45,947 nucleotides of DNA. Origin: Vectrevirus NIC06P3. Below the pieces are notes generated by a model. It ran no database searches and was not told where the DNA came from. It was given only the letters and a program-made list of their open reading frames with translations. Made by a program: the position numbers and the translations under genes. The stretch lies in sequence record OZ035778.1. One strand, 5' to 3'. Of this stretch, positions 1 to 8,670 are shown in pieces (the stretch's first letter is position 1; each line of letters opens with the position of its first letter).

Positions 1-29
1 GACCCGAGTTATAGGATGGAGGGAGAAGC

Positions 30-329
30 GTGAGCGTACACAATAAACATGCAGCTACAGAGGATGAGGTTGGCATTCTGCATGGTGCTATTACCAAAAT
101 CTTCAATAAGAAGGCACAGGCTATACTGGACACTATAGAAGATGACCCAGATGCAGCACTGCATTTAGTATCTGGTAAAGACATTGGTGCTATGTGCAAA
201 TGGGTTCTTGATAATGGTATTACCGCTACACCTGCTGCACAGCAGGAAGAGTCCAAGCTGTCTAAGCGCCTCAAGGCTATCCGAGAGGCATCCAGTGGTA
301 AGGTAATTCAATTCACTAAGGAGGATTGA
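30..329 (+). CDS. terminase small subunit (T7 gp18-like), GTG start
   Basis: 99-aa ORF directly upstream of the large terminase, stop overlapping its ATG; RBS GGAGGGA at 17-23; size and position fit terS. Function is by position only. Confidence 0.5.
   Translation: MSVHNKHAATEDEVGILHGAITKIFNKKAQAILDTIEDDPDAALHLVSGKDIGAMCKWVLDNGITATPAAQQEESKLSKRLKAIREASSGKVIQFTKED
125..142 (+). promoter_or_regulatory. phage-promoter-like core ACTGGACACTATAGAAGA inside terS coding sequence
   Basis: 17/17 match to the promoter core used elsewhere in this genome; upstream half deviates from consensus. Confidence 0.35.
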
Positions 330-2227
330 TGGCTAAGGCAAGAGAATCACAAGCAGAGGCTCTTGCCAGATGGGAGATGCTACAGGAGTTACAGCAGACC
401 TTTCCTTACACAGCGGAAGGTTTGCTTCTCTTTGCAGACACAGTTATTCATAACTTGATTGCGGGCAATCCTCATCTGATTCGTATGCAGGCCGATATCT
501 TAAAGTTCCTTTTCTACGGACACAAGTATCGCCTCATAGAAGCGCCTCGTGGTATCGCTAAAACAACACTATCAGCAATCTATACGGTATTCCGTATCAT
601 CCATGAACCACATAAGCGTATCATGGTTGTATCCCAAAACGCCAAGCGAGCAGAGGAAATCGCTGGTTGGGTGGTGAAAATCTTCCGTGGATTAGACTTC
701 CTTGAATTTATGCTACCTGATATCTACGCTGGGGACCGTGCATCCGTTAAGGCATTCGAGATTCATTACACACTACGTGGTAGTGACAAGTCTCCTTCTG
801 TGTCTTGCTATTCAATTGAAGCAGGTATGCAGGGTGCTCGTGCGGATATTATCCTAGCGGATGACGTAGAGTCGATGCAGAATGCTCGTACCGCAGCAGG
901 TCGTGCACTACTTGAGGAATTAACCAAGGAGTTTGAATCTATCAACCAGTTTGGTGATATCATTTATCTTGGTACACCTCAGAACGTAAACTCTATCTAC
1001 AACAACCTGCCTGCTCGTGGTTACTCTGTTCGCATCTGGACTGCACGTTACCCTTCAGTGGAGCAGGAGCAATGCTATGGTGACTTCCTTGCACCTATGA
1101 TTGTTCAAGATATGAAGGACAACCCAGCACTGCGCTCAGGTTATGGCTTGGATGGCAACAGTGGTGCACCTTGTGCACCGGAAATGTACGATGATGACGT
1201 CCTGATTGAGAAGGAAATCTCGCAGGGTGCTGCTAAGTTCCAGCTCCAATTCATGCTTAACACTCGCATGATGGATGCTGACCGCTACCCTCTACGCCTG
1301 AATAACCTTATCTTCACCTCATTCGGTACGGAGGAAGTCCCTGTGATGCCTACATGGAGCAATGACTCTATTAACATCATTGGCGATGCACCTAAGTATG
1401 GCAATAAACCTACAGACTTCATGTATCGACCTGTTGCCAGACCCTATGAGTGGGGTGCTGTTACCCGCAAGATTATGTATATCGACCCGGCGGGTGGCGG
1501 TAAGAATGGGGACGAAACGGGCGTGGCTATCGTCTTCCTGCATGGCACATTCATTTACGTATATCAGTGCTTCGGTGTGCCGGGCGGATACCGCGAATCG
1601 TCCCTGAATCGCATTGTGCAGGCCGCAAAGCAGGCAGGCGTTAAAGAGGTATTCATTGAGAAGAACTTCGGTCATGGCGCGTTTGAGGCAGTAATTAAGC
1701 CATACTTTGAACGAGAGTGGCCCGTTACACTGGAAGAGGATTACGCCACCGGACAGAAAGAGTTGCGTATCATTGAGACGCTGGAGCCGCTCATGGCGGC
1801 GCACAGGCTCATCTTCAACGCCGAGATGGTCAAGTCTGATCTTGAGTCAGTACAGCACTACCCGCTTGAATTACGCATGTCCTATAGCCTTTTCAATCAA
1901 ATGTCGAACATCACGACTGAGAAGAATAGCCTCCGGCATGATGACCGCTTAGACGCCCTGTATGGCGCTATACGGCAATTAACTTCTCAGATAGACTATG
2001 ACGAGGTTACACGGATTAATCGCCTCAGAGCGCAGGAGATGCGCGATTACATCCAAGCCATGAACACACCTCACCTCCGAAGGGCAATGCTCTATGGGGA
2101 CTATGGCACTGAGCGAAGAGTGACCAACACTTCTGTAGCGATGCAGCAGCGGGTTTACGGTCAGAATTACCGGAATAAGTCTTCCAATAGAAATACTATT
2201 TCTGCAAGGATTTCAAGGACTTATTAA
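329..2227 (+). CDS. terminase large subunit (T7 gp19-like)
   Basis: Motifs FRGIGKS-like APRGIAKTT, RADIILADDVE, IYLGTPQN, FQLQFMLN and HDDRLDAL match T7 gp19; RBS AAGGAGGA at 318-325. Confidence 0.9.
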   Translation: MAKARESQAEALARWEMLQELQQTFPYTAEGLLLFADTVIHNLIAGNPHLIRMQADILKFLFYGHKYRLIEAPRGIAKTTLSAIYTVFRIIHEPHKRIMVVSQNAKRAEEIAGWVVKIFRGLDFLEFMLPDIYAGDRASVKAFEIHYTLRGSDKSPSVSCYSIEAGMQGARADIILADDVESMQNARTAAGRALLEELTKEFESINQFGDIIYLGTPQNVNSIYNNLPARGYSVRIWTARYPSVEQEQCYGDFLAPMIVQDMKDNPALRSGYGLDGNSGAPCAPEMYDDDVLIEKEISQGAAKFQLQFMLNTRMMDADRYPLRLNNLIFTSFGTEEVPVMPTWSNDSINIIGDAPKYGNKPTDFMYRPVARPYEWGAVTRKIMYIDPAGGGKNGDETGVAIVFLHGTFIYVYQCFGVPGGYRESSLNRIVQAAKQAGVKEVFIEKNFGHGAFEAVIKPYFEREWPVTLEEDYATGQKELRIIETLEPLMAAHRLIFNAEMVKSDLESVQHYPLELRMSYSLFNQMSNITTEKNSLRHDDRLDALYGAIRQLTSQIDYDEVTRINRLRAQEMRDYIQAMNTPHLRRAMLYGDYGTERRVTNTSVAMQQRVYGQNYRNKSSNRNTISARISRTY

Positions 2228-2250
2228 TTACTGGACACTATAGAAGGAAG
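2223..2250 (+). promoter_or_regulatory. SP6-type phage promoter
   Basis: ATTAATTACTGGACACTATAGAAGGAAG; overlaps the terL stop codon. Confidence 0.7.
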
Positions 2251-2389
2251 ACCCAGAGGATAAGAGAAGTAATAAGGATAATATAGGTTAACCTAGGTTA
2301 TATAGGTATGCCTTAGTATGGGTGTACTCCTGTACACCCTATTCCTTACTTCCTTACTATATTTACATAATAGGAGAGAGAGAGAGACA

Positions 2390-2665
2390 ATGGCTAATGA
2401 TTATAGTAGTCAACCATTAACAGGTAAGTCTAAGAGAAAGCAGGTACAACCTGTAAGTGAAGAACTAATGCTTCCGGTAATCAAAAAAGAGGAAGCTAGT
2501 AAGAAAAGCAATGTTATTAATGATGCCACCAAATCAGGTAAACAGAAAGGGGCCATGGTATGCCTTGAAGTGGACGGTGCATTGAAGATTGCTATCGCTG
2601 TTGATGGCAAAGAAGATTCAGAGTGGAAGTTAGTGACAGGGGAACCTACTATTACCCCAGTTTAA
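2390..2665 (+). CDS. hypothetical protein, paralog family member 1
   Basis: ATG with RBS AGGAGAGAG; shares a roughly 45-aa motif (SGKQ.GAMV ... W) with the next two ORFs. Confidence 0.5.
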   Translation: MANDYSSQPLTGKSKRKQVQPVSEELMLPVIKKEEASKKSNVINDATKSGKQKGAMVCLEVDGALKIAIAVDGKEDSEWKLVTGEPTITPV

Positions 2666-2683
2666 GAGAAGGAGGAAGATTAC

Positions 2684-2971
2684 ATGGCTAAATATGGTAC
2701 TACAGGTTCTGTTACGGGTCAGGCTTTTCGAGTGAAAGCAGTACAAACTATTGCAACGGCAATTCCTATGCCTGTTGTTGCTGAAGAAGACCTTAAGAAG
2801 AAAGATCATCCTATCAACATCAAACATTTATCAGGTAAACAGAGAGGTGCAATGGTTGTTATTTCGAGAGCGGACACAACCGTGCATATTGCTGTTGCAC
2901 GTGGTAGTGAGCCCACCGACGTTTGGGATGTAACTACTATGGACCCCCTTGCTGTTACACCAGGGGAGTGA
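2684..2971 (+). CDS. hypothetical protein, paralog family member 2
   Basis: RBS GAAGGAGGAAG; motif LSGKQRGAMVVI ... TDVWD shared with neighbours. Confidence 0.55.
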   Translation: MAKYGTTGSVTGQAFRVKAVQTIATAIPMPVVAEEDLKKKDHPINIKHLSGKQRGAMVVISRADTTVHIAVARGSEPTDVWDVTTMDPLAVTPGE

Positions 2972-2978
2972 TATTATC

Positions 2979-3656
2979 GTGTTAGGTATTACAGGACAAC
3001 GAAGTGTAAGTCATCAAGCTAAGGTTGCCACGGAAGTGGCTCCTATCGTTGATATCTCAGATGTGTCTGACGTTAACTCTTATCTAAACCAAAAGTACCT
3101 ATCAGGTAAACAGGAAGGATATACTGTTCTGGCTAAGAAAGGTTCACGTTATTCATTGTATGCTGCAACAGGTTCTAAGCCAGAAGATAAGTGGTTGCCT
3201 TTAGAGCAAGCAACCTTACCTGATTCGAGTGCATTAGAGCTAATTGACACCATCGATGTTGAAGTTGCAAGTGCAAGCGACACAGTAGAGGTTAATGTAA
3301 CCAAAGAGAGGACTGTGTGCATCCAGACGCCTATGAAGGACTTAGCAGGTGATACAGTTTACCGGCAAGAATTGACTGCCAACATTAACCTTACCATTAA
3401 TGAAAACGGAAGCCCAAGCGATACGGTTAAATTAAACATATCAATTCCTAATTTGCCAGGAACATCTAGTGGGTCTTACTATACAGTTGACAATGTGCTG
3501 TGTACTTCTTTTGGAGACGACAGTCCTGTTATTGCCAATATAGATGTCGATAAGGCTACCACTAACTTGATTGCTGTTACACTTCGTAAAGAGACGGCAA
3601 CAGATATTAAGCTGTCTCTTGTAATTAGGTGGTCAATGCCAGTGGAGGTTGTATAA
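2979..3656 (+). CDS. hypothetical protein, paralog family member 3 with C-terminal extension
   Basis: Motif YLSGKQEGYTVL ... EDKWLP; start uncertain (GTG 2979 or TTG 2949); stop overlaps the endolysin ATG (TAATG). Confidence 0.45.
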   Translation: MLGITGQRSVSHQAKVATEVAPIVDISDVSDVNSYLNQKYLSGKQEGYTVLAKKGSRYSLYAATGSKPEDKWLPLEQATLPDSSALELIDTIDVEVASASDTVEVNVTKERTVCIQTPMKDLAGDTVYRQELTANINLTINENGSPSDTVKLNISIPNLPGTSSGSYYTVDNVLCTSFGDDSPVIANIDVDKATTNLIAVTLRKETATDIKLSLVIRWSMPVEVV

Positions 3657-4000
3657 TGCTTAACAAATACTTCAAGCGTAAAGAGTTTGCTTGCCGTTGT
3701 GGGTGCGGCACATCTACTGTTGATGCTGAGTTACTACAGGTAATCACAGATGTGCGTGAGCACTTTGGTTCTCCTGTAGTTATCACTTCTGGGCATCGCT
3801 GCGCCAAGCACAATGCTAATGTAGGTGGAGCTAAAAACTCCATGCATCTTACTGGTAAGGCTGCTGACATTAAGGTACGAGGCATCTTACCATCTGAAGT
3901 GCATAAGTATCTTACTGATAAGTACCAAGGCAAATATGGGATTGGTAAGTACAACTCCTTCACCCACATTGATGTACGGGATGGGTGTGCACGATGGTAG
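3656..4000 (+). CDS. endolysin, peptidase M15-type zinc peptidase
   Basis: KEFACRCGCG ... SGHRC.KHN ... SMHLTGKAAD motif set typical of M15 endolysins; RBS GGAGG at 3644-3648. Confidence 0.75.
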   Translation: MLNKYFKRKEFACRCGCGTSTVDAELLQVITDVREHFGSPVVITSGHRCAKHNANVGGAKNSMHLTGKAADIKVRGILPSEVHKYLTDKYQGKYGIGKYNSFTHIDVRDGCARW

Positions 4001-4108
4001 GTTGTGTTGCATGGTGTGAACGCATGGTTGCTAAGGCTTCAGAGGAAGGTAACTATGAGGATTGGCAGAACTACTCAACTTTATTAGCTCAATGGAAAGG
4101 GAGGTGCA

Positions 4109-4258
4109 ATGAAAAAGCTGTTCAAGTCTAAGAAGGTTGTAGGTGCACTAGTTGCATTGGCAATTGCTCTTGTTTCTGTAGGTCTTGGCGTAGACCTTGG
4201 CTCTGGCACGGAATCCTCTGTGACAGATGTGGTCTGCCAAGTGATCACCTGTGAATAA
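4109..4258 (+). CDS. small single-pass membrane protein (49 aa), possible holin-like lysis accessory
   Basis: MKKLFKSKKVVGALVALAIALVSVGLGV...; RBS GGGAGG; below the 60-aa ORF-track cutoff; position in lysis cassette. Confidence 0.4.
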   Translation: MKKLFKSKKVVGALVALAIALVSVGLGVDLGSGTESSVTDVVCQVITCE

Positions 4259-4472
4259 GTTTCTAGAAGTGCTGGCAGGTCTTATTGGCCTGCTTGTCTC
4301 TGCTAAGAAGAAACAAGAAGAGAAGGAGGCACAAAGTGAGGCGAATCGTGCTAGCGACAATCCTGCTGATTGGTTCGCTGATCATTTCCGGGTGTCAGAA
4401 GGCGTTACCAGAGAATCAAAAGGTGAAGCCACTGAGGCCGACGCTGACGGCAGTTTACGAAGTGGACGATAA
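4251..4472 (+). CDS. i-spanin (Rz-like), GTG start
   Basis: N-terminal TM helix LEVLAGLIGLLVSA followed by a charged periplasmic domain; sits after the endolysin and contains the o-spanin gene in another frame. Confidence 0.5.
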   Translation: MNKFLEVLAGLIGLLVSAKKKQEEKEAQSEANRASDNPADWFADHFRVSEGVTRESKGEATEADADGSLRSGR

Positions 4473-4545
4473 GGTATGCTTTAGTAAGCCGGATGCTACA
4501 CAACTTGGGTTGTACATTTTATCGCTAGAACGCGGTTACAAATAA
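4336..4545 (+). CDS. o-spanin (Rz1-like outer-membrane lipoprotein), GTG start
   Basis: Signal peptide plus lipobox LIISGC; RBS AGAAGGAGG at 4321-4329; overlaps Rz in the +1 frame as in classical Rz/Rz1 pairs. Confidence 0.5.
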   Translation: MRRIVLATILLIGSLIISGCQKALPENQKVKPLRPTLTAVYEVDDKVCFSKPDATQLGLYILSLERGYK

Positions 4546-4574
4546 TACATAGCTTTATGTATCAATCACCTATG

Positions 4575-4597
4575 ATTTAGGTGACACTATAGAAGAG
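4575..4597 (+). promoter_or_regulatory. SP6-type phage promoter (exact SP6 consensus)
   Basis: ATTTAGGTGACACTATAGAAGAG. Confidence 0.85.
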
Positions 4598-4669
4598 ATA
4601 GAGCGGCGATCGTTTGGTCGCCCTTTACTCAAGGTGCTCATGGTGGGCGCTTTAAGTAAAGGAGGAAAC

Positions 4670-5923
4670 ATGGCTCTAACGAGGCTTAGTTCTGATTTAG
4701 TCCGTGACGCAAAAGATGGTGGCACGTTGGGAGAGTGCCTACACGGATTTATGTCATTCTCTCAAGCAAAAGAAATAACAGGCTCTGATCAAGCTGCAAT
4801 GGAGTACCTCTTCTCTAACGCAAAAGTTATCTACATCAACGAGTCTTTGACACTAACAGAGAAGATAACCACAGACAGAAGTTCCGAGGTTACGGTACTT
4901 ACAAAGCCAGGTGTTGTAATAAATAACCTAGGATACATGCCAACAACAAGAACAAACCCCAATCACGTGGTTTCTGGTTTGTCTGTTAGAAACAAATTCA
5001 AACAAGATAATCAGTCTATTAATGGCAGGGTTTATAGTAAGCAAGCTGCATCATTTGAAGCAGCGGTTCATGATGCTGTTAGCAACGGTGGTACTTCTTC
5101 ATCTGAAAACTTTGTTGCACTTTATTCTGGGATAGAGTTCTTTAATTCCACGCTGCAAAGAGGTTGGGCCTTCAACTCTGTAACCAACTGCCATGGTATG
5201 AATACCGGAGATGAGATGTATGGTTATGAGTTGGACTTCAACGTAGATGGCAACCTAGATGGTGGCGGTCAAGCAGTTGGCTTGTACATTGCAGGTATTG
5301 GTGATTTGCGTCAGTGTGCAAACTCTGATGGCATTCGTGTACAACGGACACGTGACCTTGGTGGATTGTATAAGTGGAACCATGGTATTCGAGTTTTTGA
5401 CTCTATGACAGGCCTTGCCGTGATAGATTCAGCTACATATTCCATATTCGCACAAGGTTCTGCCCCTATAGTAAGGCGTAAGGCTGTGCAGGATGGAGGT
5501 TGGAGCTACATCCATAGTCTTAGCCCTACTAATATAACTTGGGGTGTTGATGATTATGGCTACACTTACTCGCCTCGTCTGTATCTTGGGTCTGGTTCTG
5601 GTAAGTCTAAGAACAGGGTTAATCTAGAAGGTGGTGTTTCATTTTACACCACTAACAAACCTGTTGGTTGGGGTGACATTGCTGCTGGGGCTTCTGTAAC
5701 TAAAAACTTCACAGAGTTGTTTGGTCTTGAAGAAGGCGACTACTCTAAGGCGGTGTTTACTGTAGGTGAGTTCCGTGTGGCTAACTCTTACGGAAGTTTG
5801 TTTGTCACTGTCTACACTAACTCAGCAAAAACTCAGGGGTATGTTAAGGTTACTAACCTAGGCTCAACTACTGTAACAGGCGTTGGGATAGGGATCAACC
5901 TGTCAATCCAAAAGGCGGGATAA
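4670..5923 (+). CDS. tailspike / receptor-binding protein 1
   Basis: 418-aa ORF with its own promoter, RBS AAAGGAGGAAAC, MALT N-terminus and leader shared with the next tailspike; Gly/Ser/Thr-rich beta-type composition. Specificity unknown. Confidence 0.55.
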   Translation: MALTRLSSDLVRDAKDGGTLGECLHGFMSFSQAKEITGSDQAAMEYLFSNAKVIYINESLTLTEKITTDRSSEVTVLTKPGVVINNLGYMPTTRTNPNHVVSGLSVRNKFKQDNQSINGRVYSKQAASFEAAVHDAVSNGGTSSSENFVALYSGIEFFNSTLQRGWAFNSVTNCHGMNTGDEMYGYELDFNVDGNLDGGGQAVGLYIAGIGDLRQCANSDGIRVQRTRDLGGLYKWNHGIRVFDSMTGLAVIDSATYSIFAQGSAPIVRRKAVQDGGWSYIHSLSPTNITWGVDDYGYTYSPRLYLGSGSGKSKNRVNLEGGVSFYTTNKPVGWGDIAAGASVTKNFTELFGLEEGDYSKAVFTVGEFRVANSYGSLFVTVYTNSAKTQGYVKVTNLGSTTVTGVGIGINLSIQKAG

Positions 5924-6011
5924 TAGGTATGTGCGGCGTAAGCCGCACTTTACGCGAACTTTCTTTCTTCATAGGCACTCATGGTGGGTGTCTATAAACA
6001 AAGGAGGTTAC

Positions 6012-8006
6012 ATGGCTTTAACCAAAGCTACAACAGTTAATGCATATCAGGGGCGTCCACCCGTTGTAATCACTGATAGCGTCGAAGATAAGTTAATGGA
6101 TGGACGTGCTGGTCTTCGTAAGCACTTTGGTGCTGTTGGGGACGGGCAACATGATGATACAGACGCCTTTGAAAAATGGATGGATTGCCTAACAGATGCA
6201 ACATATAAGCGTTTAGGGGCATTTTCGGACGAACACCCATATATGCTACAGAAAGGGCCACAGCTCATGTTAGAAGATGGGGCTTTCGTGTATGCTGGCA
6301 AAGGTTTGAACATCCCTACCCATCATGCCTTTGTTCTAAACATAATTGGACAAAGTTCCTTATCTACAAAAATTATCCTACCAGAAGATGTGTACTTCTT
6401 GGATTTAGATAACAACCCTGTGTTTTCTTATATGTCAGGTATTACGTTCCATGGTGGACTAGGTGCTGTACGCATGAAGTCTAAGTCATGCAATGCAACA
6501 AGTATGCACATATTTGAGCGTCTACGTATGTCTAGGTATAAGCAGTGTGCCTTTAGTAACAACTCAATAGATATGCCTTACGTTAAAATCAGAGACTCAG
6601 TGTTTATGGGAGATGTATCCAGAGAGACAATTGGACTGTGCTTATCTGGCCTGTCTGCTGGTAGTGATATCACAGGGAATCAGTTCACTGATAACAGGTA
6701 TAATCTCAAGTTAGCTGTTGCAGACAATGGTGTAGAACGTAATGGACCACCAACGCCTCTAAACATAGTAGGTAATGATTTCTATCGGACAGGACACCGC
6801 TCAGGTGCATCTTATGATATTTGGATTGAACCAGGTAAAACAGCTACAAACTCAGGACGGGGACTTGTTTTACAACGTAATAAGTTTGGGCAGGAGAACC
6901 TAAAGAGTCCAGATGCACACATTCTCATTGCAGATAGTGGGACAGGGCAAGGTGGTGATTTAAATGGGGACAGAATGCATGTAGAGACAAAATCTTCTGG
7001 ATTTGTGTCAGGCATTCTTTCAGAAGGCAACAATGTTAACTCTATCAATGGAAGTTACACTGCACCATACATCCGTAGCTTCACACCTAACTTTGGTAAC
7101 AATAAGATCCATGATATTTATGACAATGGAATGCCGTCTCGTATAGTAGAGTTCGCAGGTGGTATTACGCAAAGTGAAGTGGTTAATATATCTCGCACTA
7201 ATATGCTTGAGATTGATCAGTCTCTTGCCCTCCAGAAAGGGGATGTACCTAATTTATTGTCTAACCTAGATGGTGTGTTTCGTGTAAGGGATGATTTGGG
7301 TCTGTTGGCAGGACACCCTCAAGTGCACGACACACCAACCGGTTCTCAGATGTCAGATTTTCTGCATGTATATAAAGGACCAACATCTAGTCTTGCTGTT
7401 GCAGAAGCAACGCGCTTGGCTATTGATAACTCCTATGGAGGTAAAAATGAGGCAGCAGAGTTCACTATGACAACGGAAGATGGACGTGCAGTTGCAACGG
7501 TGACAGGGCTTGTTGCTGGTGATACTTTCTGGTTAGATTTTGAGGTAAAGAGATCTGCTGACAATGCGGCCCCTCGTGTGCTCTTCGAGGTACTAGATTC
7601 AAGTGCGAGTACCTTACTTCTTCGAAGGACTATACTGTTAGATGCGAAGCAGAGATGGCAGAAAGTTGTGCTACCTTTTGTGCCAAACAGTTCTGGTAGT
7701 ATCTTTGTTCGCTTTAAGGCGAAAGGTTGGACACCTTCTAATAAGAAGTTTCAAGTAGGAAACCTTAATGTATACCGCAACCATACACCAGTTAACACTG
7801 GACATAATGGAGGTTTATCTTCCTCTTGGAGTTCACAGCACATCCTTATTGGGTCTTACCACTTATGGGTAGATGCAACTGGCGCATTGCGTATCAAAGA
7901 TGGCGCACCTACGTCTGTTAACGATGGTGTCATCGTTGGCAGTCAGTCAGAAAGTGTTAGCCAACAAGTATCGGGTGATGGTATACAAACCATTGATAGT
8001 GTCTAA
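6012..8006 (+). CDS. tailspike 2, pectate-lyase-like beta-helix (probable polysaccharide depolymerase)
   Basis: HFGAVGDGQHDDTDAFEKW motif typical of right-handed beta-helix tailspikes; RBS AAAGGAGG; MALT N-terminus. Confidence 0.65.
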   Translation: MALTKATTVNAYQGRPPVVITDSVEDKLMDGRAGLRKHFGAVGDGQHDDTDAFEKWMDCLTDATYKRLGAFSDEHPYMLQKGPQLMLEDGAFVYAGKGLNIPTHHAFVLNIIGQSSLSTKIILPEDVYFLDLDNNPVFSYMSGITFHGGLGAVRMKSKSCNATSMHIFERLRMSRYKQCAFSNNSIDMPYVKIRDSVFMGDVSRETIGLCLSGLSAGSDITGNQFTDNRYNLKLAVADNGVERNGPPTPLNIVGNDFYRTGHRSGASYDIWIEPGKTATNSGRGLVLQRNKFGQENLKSPDAHILIADSGTGQGGDLNGDRMHVETKSSGFVSGILSEGNNVNSINGSYTAPYIRSFTPNFGNNKIHDIYDNGMPSRIVEFAGGITQSEVVNISRTNMLEIDQSLALQKGDVPNLLSNLDGVFRVRDDLGLLAGHPQVHDTPTGSQMSDFLHVYKGPTSSLAVAEATRLAIDNSYGGKNEAAEFTMTTEDGRAVATVTGLVAGDTFWLDFEVKRSADNAAPRVLFEVLDSSASTLLLRRTILLDAKQRWQKVVLPFVPNSSGSIFVRFKAKGWTPSNKKFQVGNLNVYRNHTPVNTGHNGGLSSSWSSQHILIGSYHLWVDATGALRIKDGAPTSVNDGVIVGSQSESVSQQVSGDGIQTIDSV

Positions 8007-8356
8007 AAGTAGATAGGCTGTACGGCAGAATACGCAGGAACTTATTGCTTCATATCGTAACGTGAAGAAATAATTTTGCATCGTCTGCGTAGCAGTTAGT
8101 ATCTTAGTGTAACAAAGGGCTGACCTAGGTTGGCTCTTCATGAAGGAGGCAACATGATTTGGATTCACACGTATGGTGTAGGGCCGTTCAAGAAGAAGGT
8201 ACTCAGGAAGATTCATGAGTCCGAGGAATCAGCCTTAGCCAGCCAGAAGGTACTTGGTGGTACTGTCCAGTGCTACATGAAGAAGCCACAAGGCTTTAGC
8301 TTAGTATAATACAATAGTTAATATGAAAGGTTAGGTGTATGTTGTAGGGAGGTTTA

Positions 8357-8620
8357 ATGGTCATTGTCTCTAGTAAGAAGAAGAAGCAGAGTGAAATGGA
8401 TAAGATAGTGCAGACAGGTCTTGCTGCTAAGTCTGGTCAGCCACTCAATACTGGCACTAGTTCAATGGACAAGATCGTTGAAACAGGGAAACAGGCAATG
8501 TCTGGTGGGTTGGACAAGGGTGCACGGAAGCAGGCTGAGTTCAATAAGATTATTGATTTCGGTAAGGAAGCTAAGAGGGAATTCTTAAGACCATCTGCGG
8601 TAGAACCAGTAAGACACTAG
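8357..8620 (+). CDS. hypothetical protein with internal repeat MDKIV(Q/E)TG
   Basis: 87-aa ORF, Lys-rich; location in the genome right-end region; coding status uncertain. Confidence 0.3.
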   Translation: MVIVSSKKKKQSEMDKIVQTGLAAKSGQPLNTGTSSMDKIVETGKQAMSGGLDKGARKQAEFNKIIDFGKEAKREFLRPSAVEPVRH

Positions 8621-8670
8621 GTAGATTCTTAGTCCTGTACAAGGATTAACCAAAGTCAAAATTTTGATAT

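Noticed and set aside
1319-1804. Minus-strand ORFs inside large + strand genes (for example 1319..1804, 11875..12375, 24155..24760, 32398..32901, 34136..34492)
   Set aside because: They are antisense shadow ORFs within well-supported genes; T7-like genomes are transcribed from one strand and none has an RBS or promoter.
8154-8309. 51-aa ORF with a good RBS (GAAGGAGG) in the right-end region
   Set aside because: It is short with no recognisable features, in a region likely to be non-coding terminus sequence; not called without conservation evidence.
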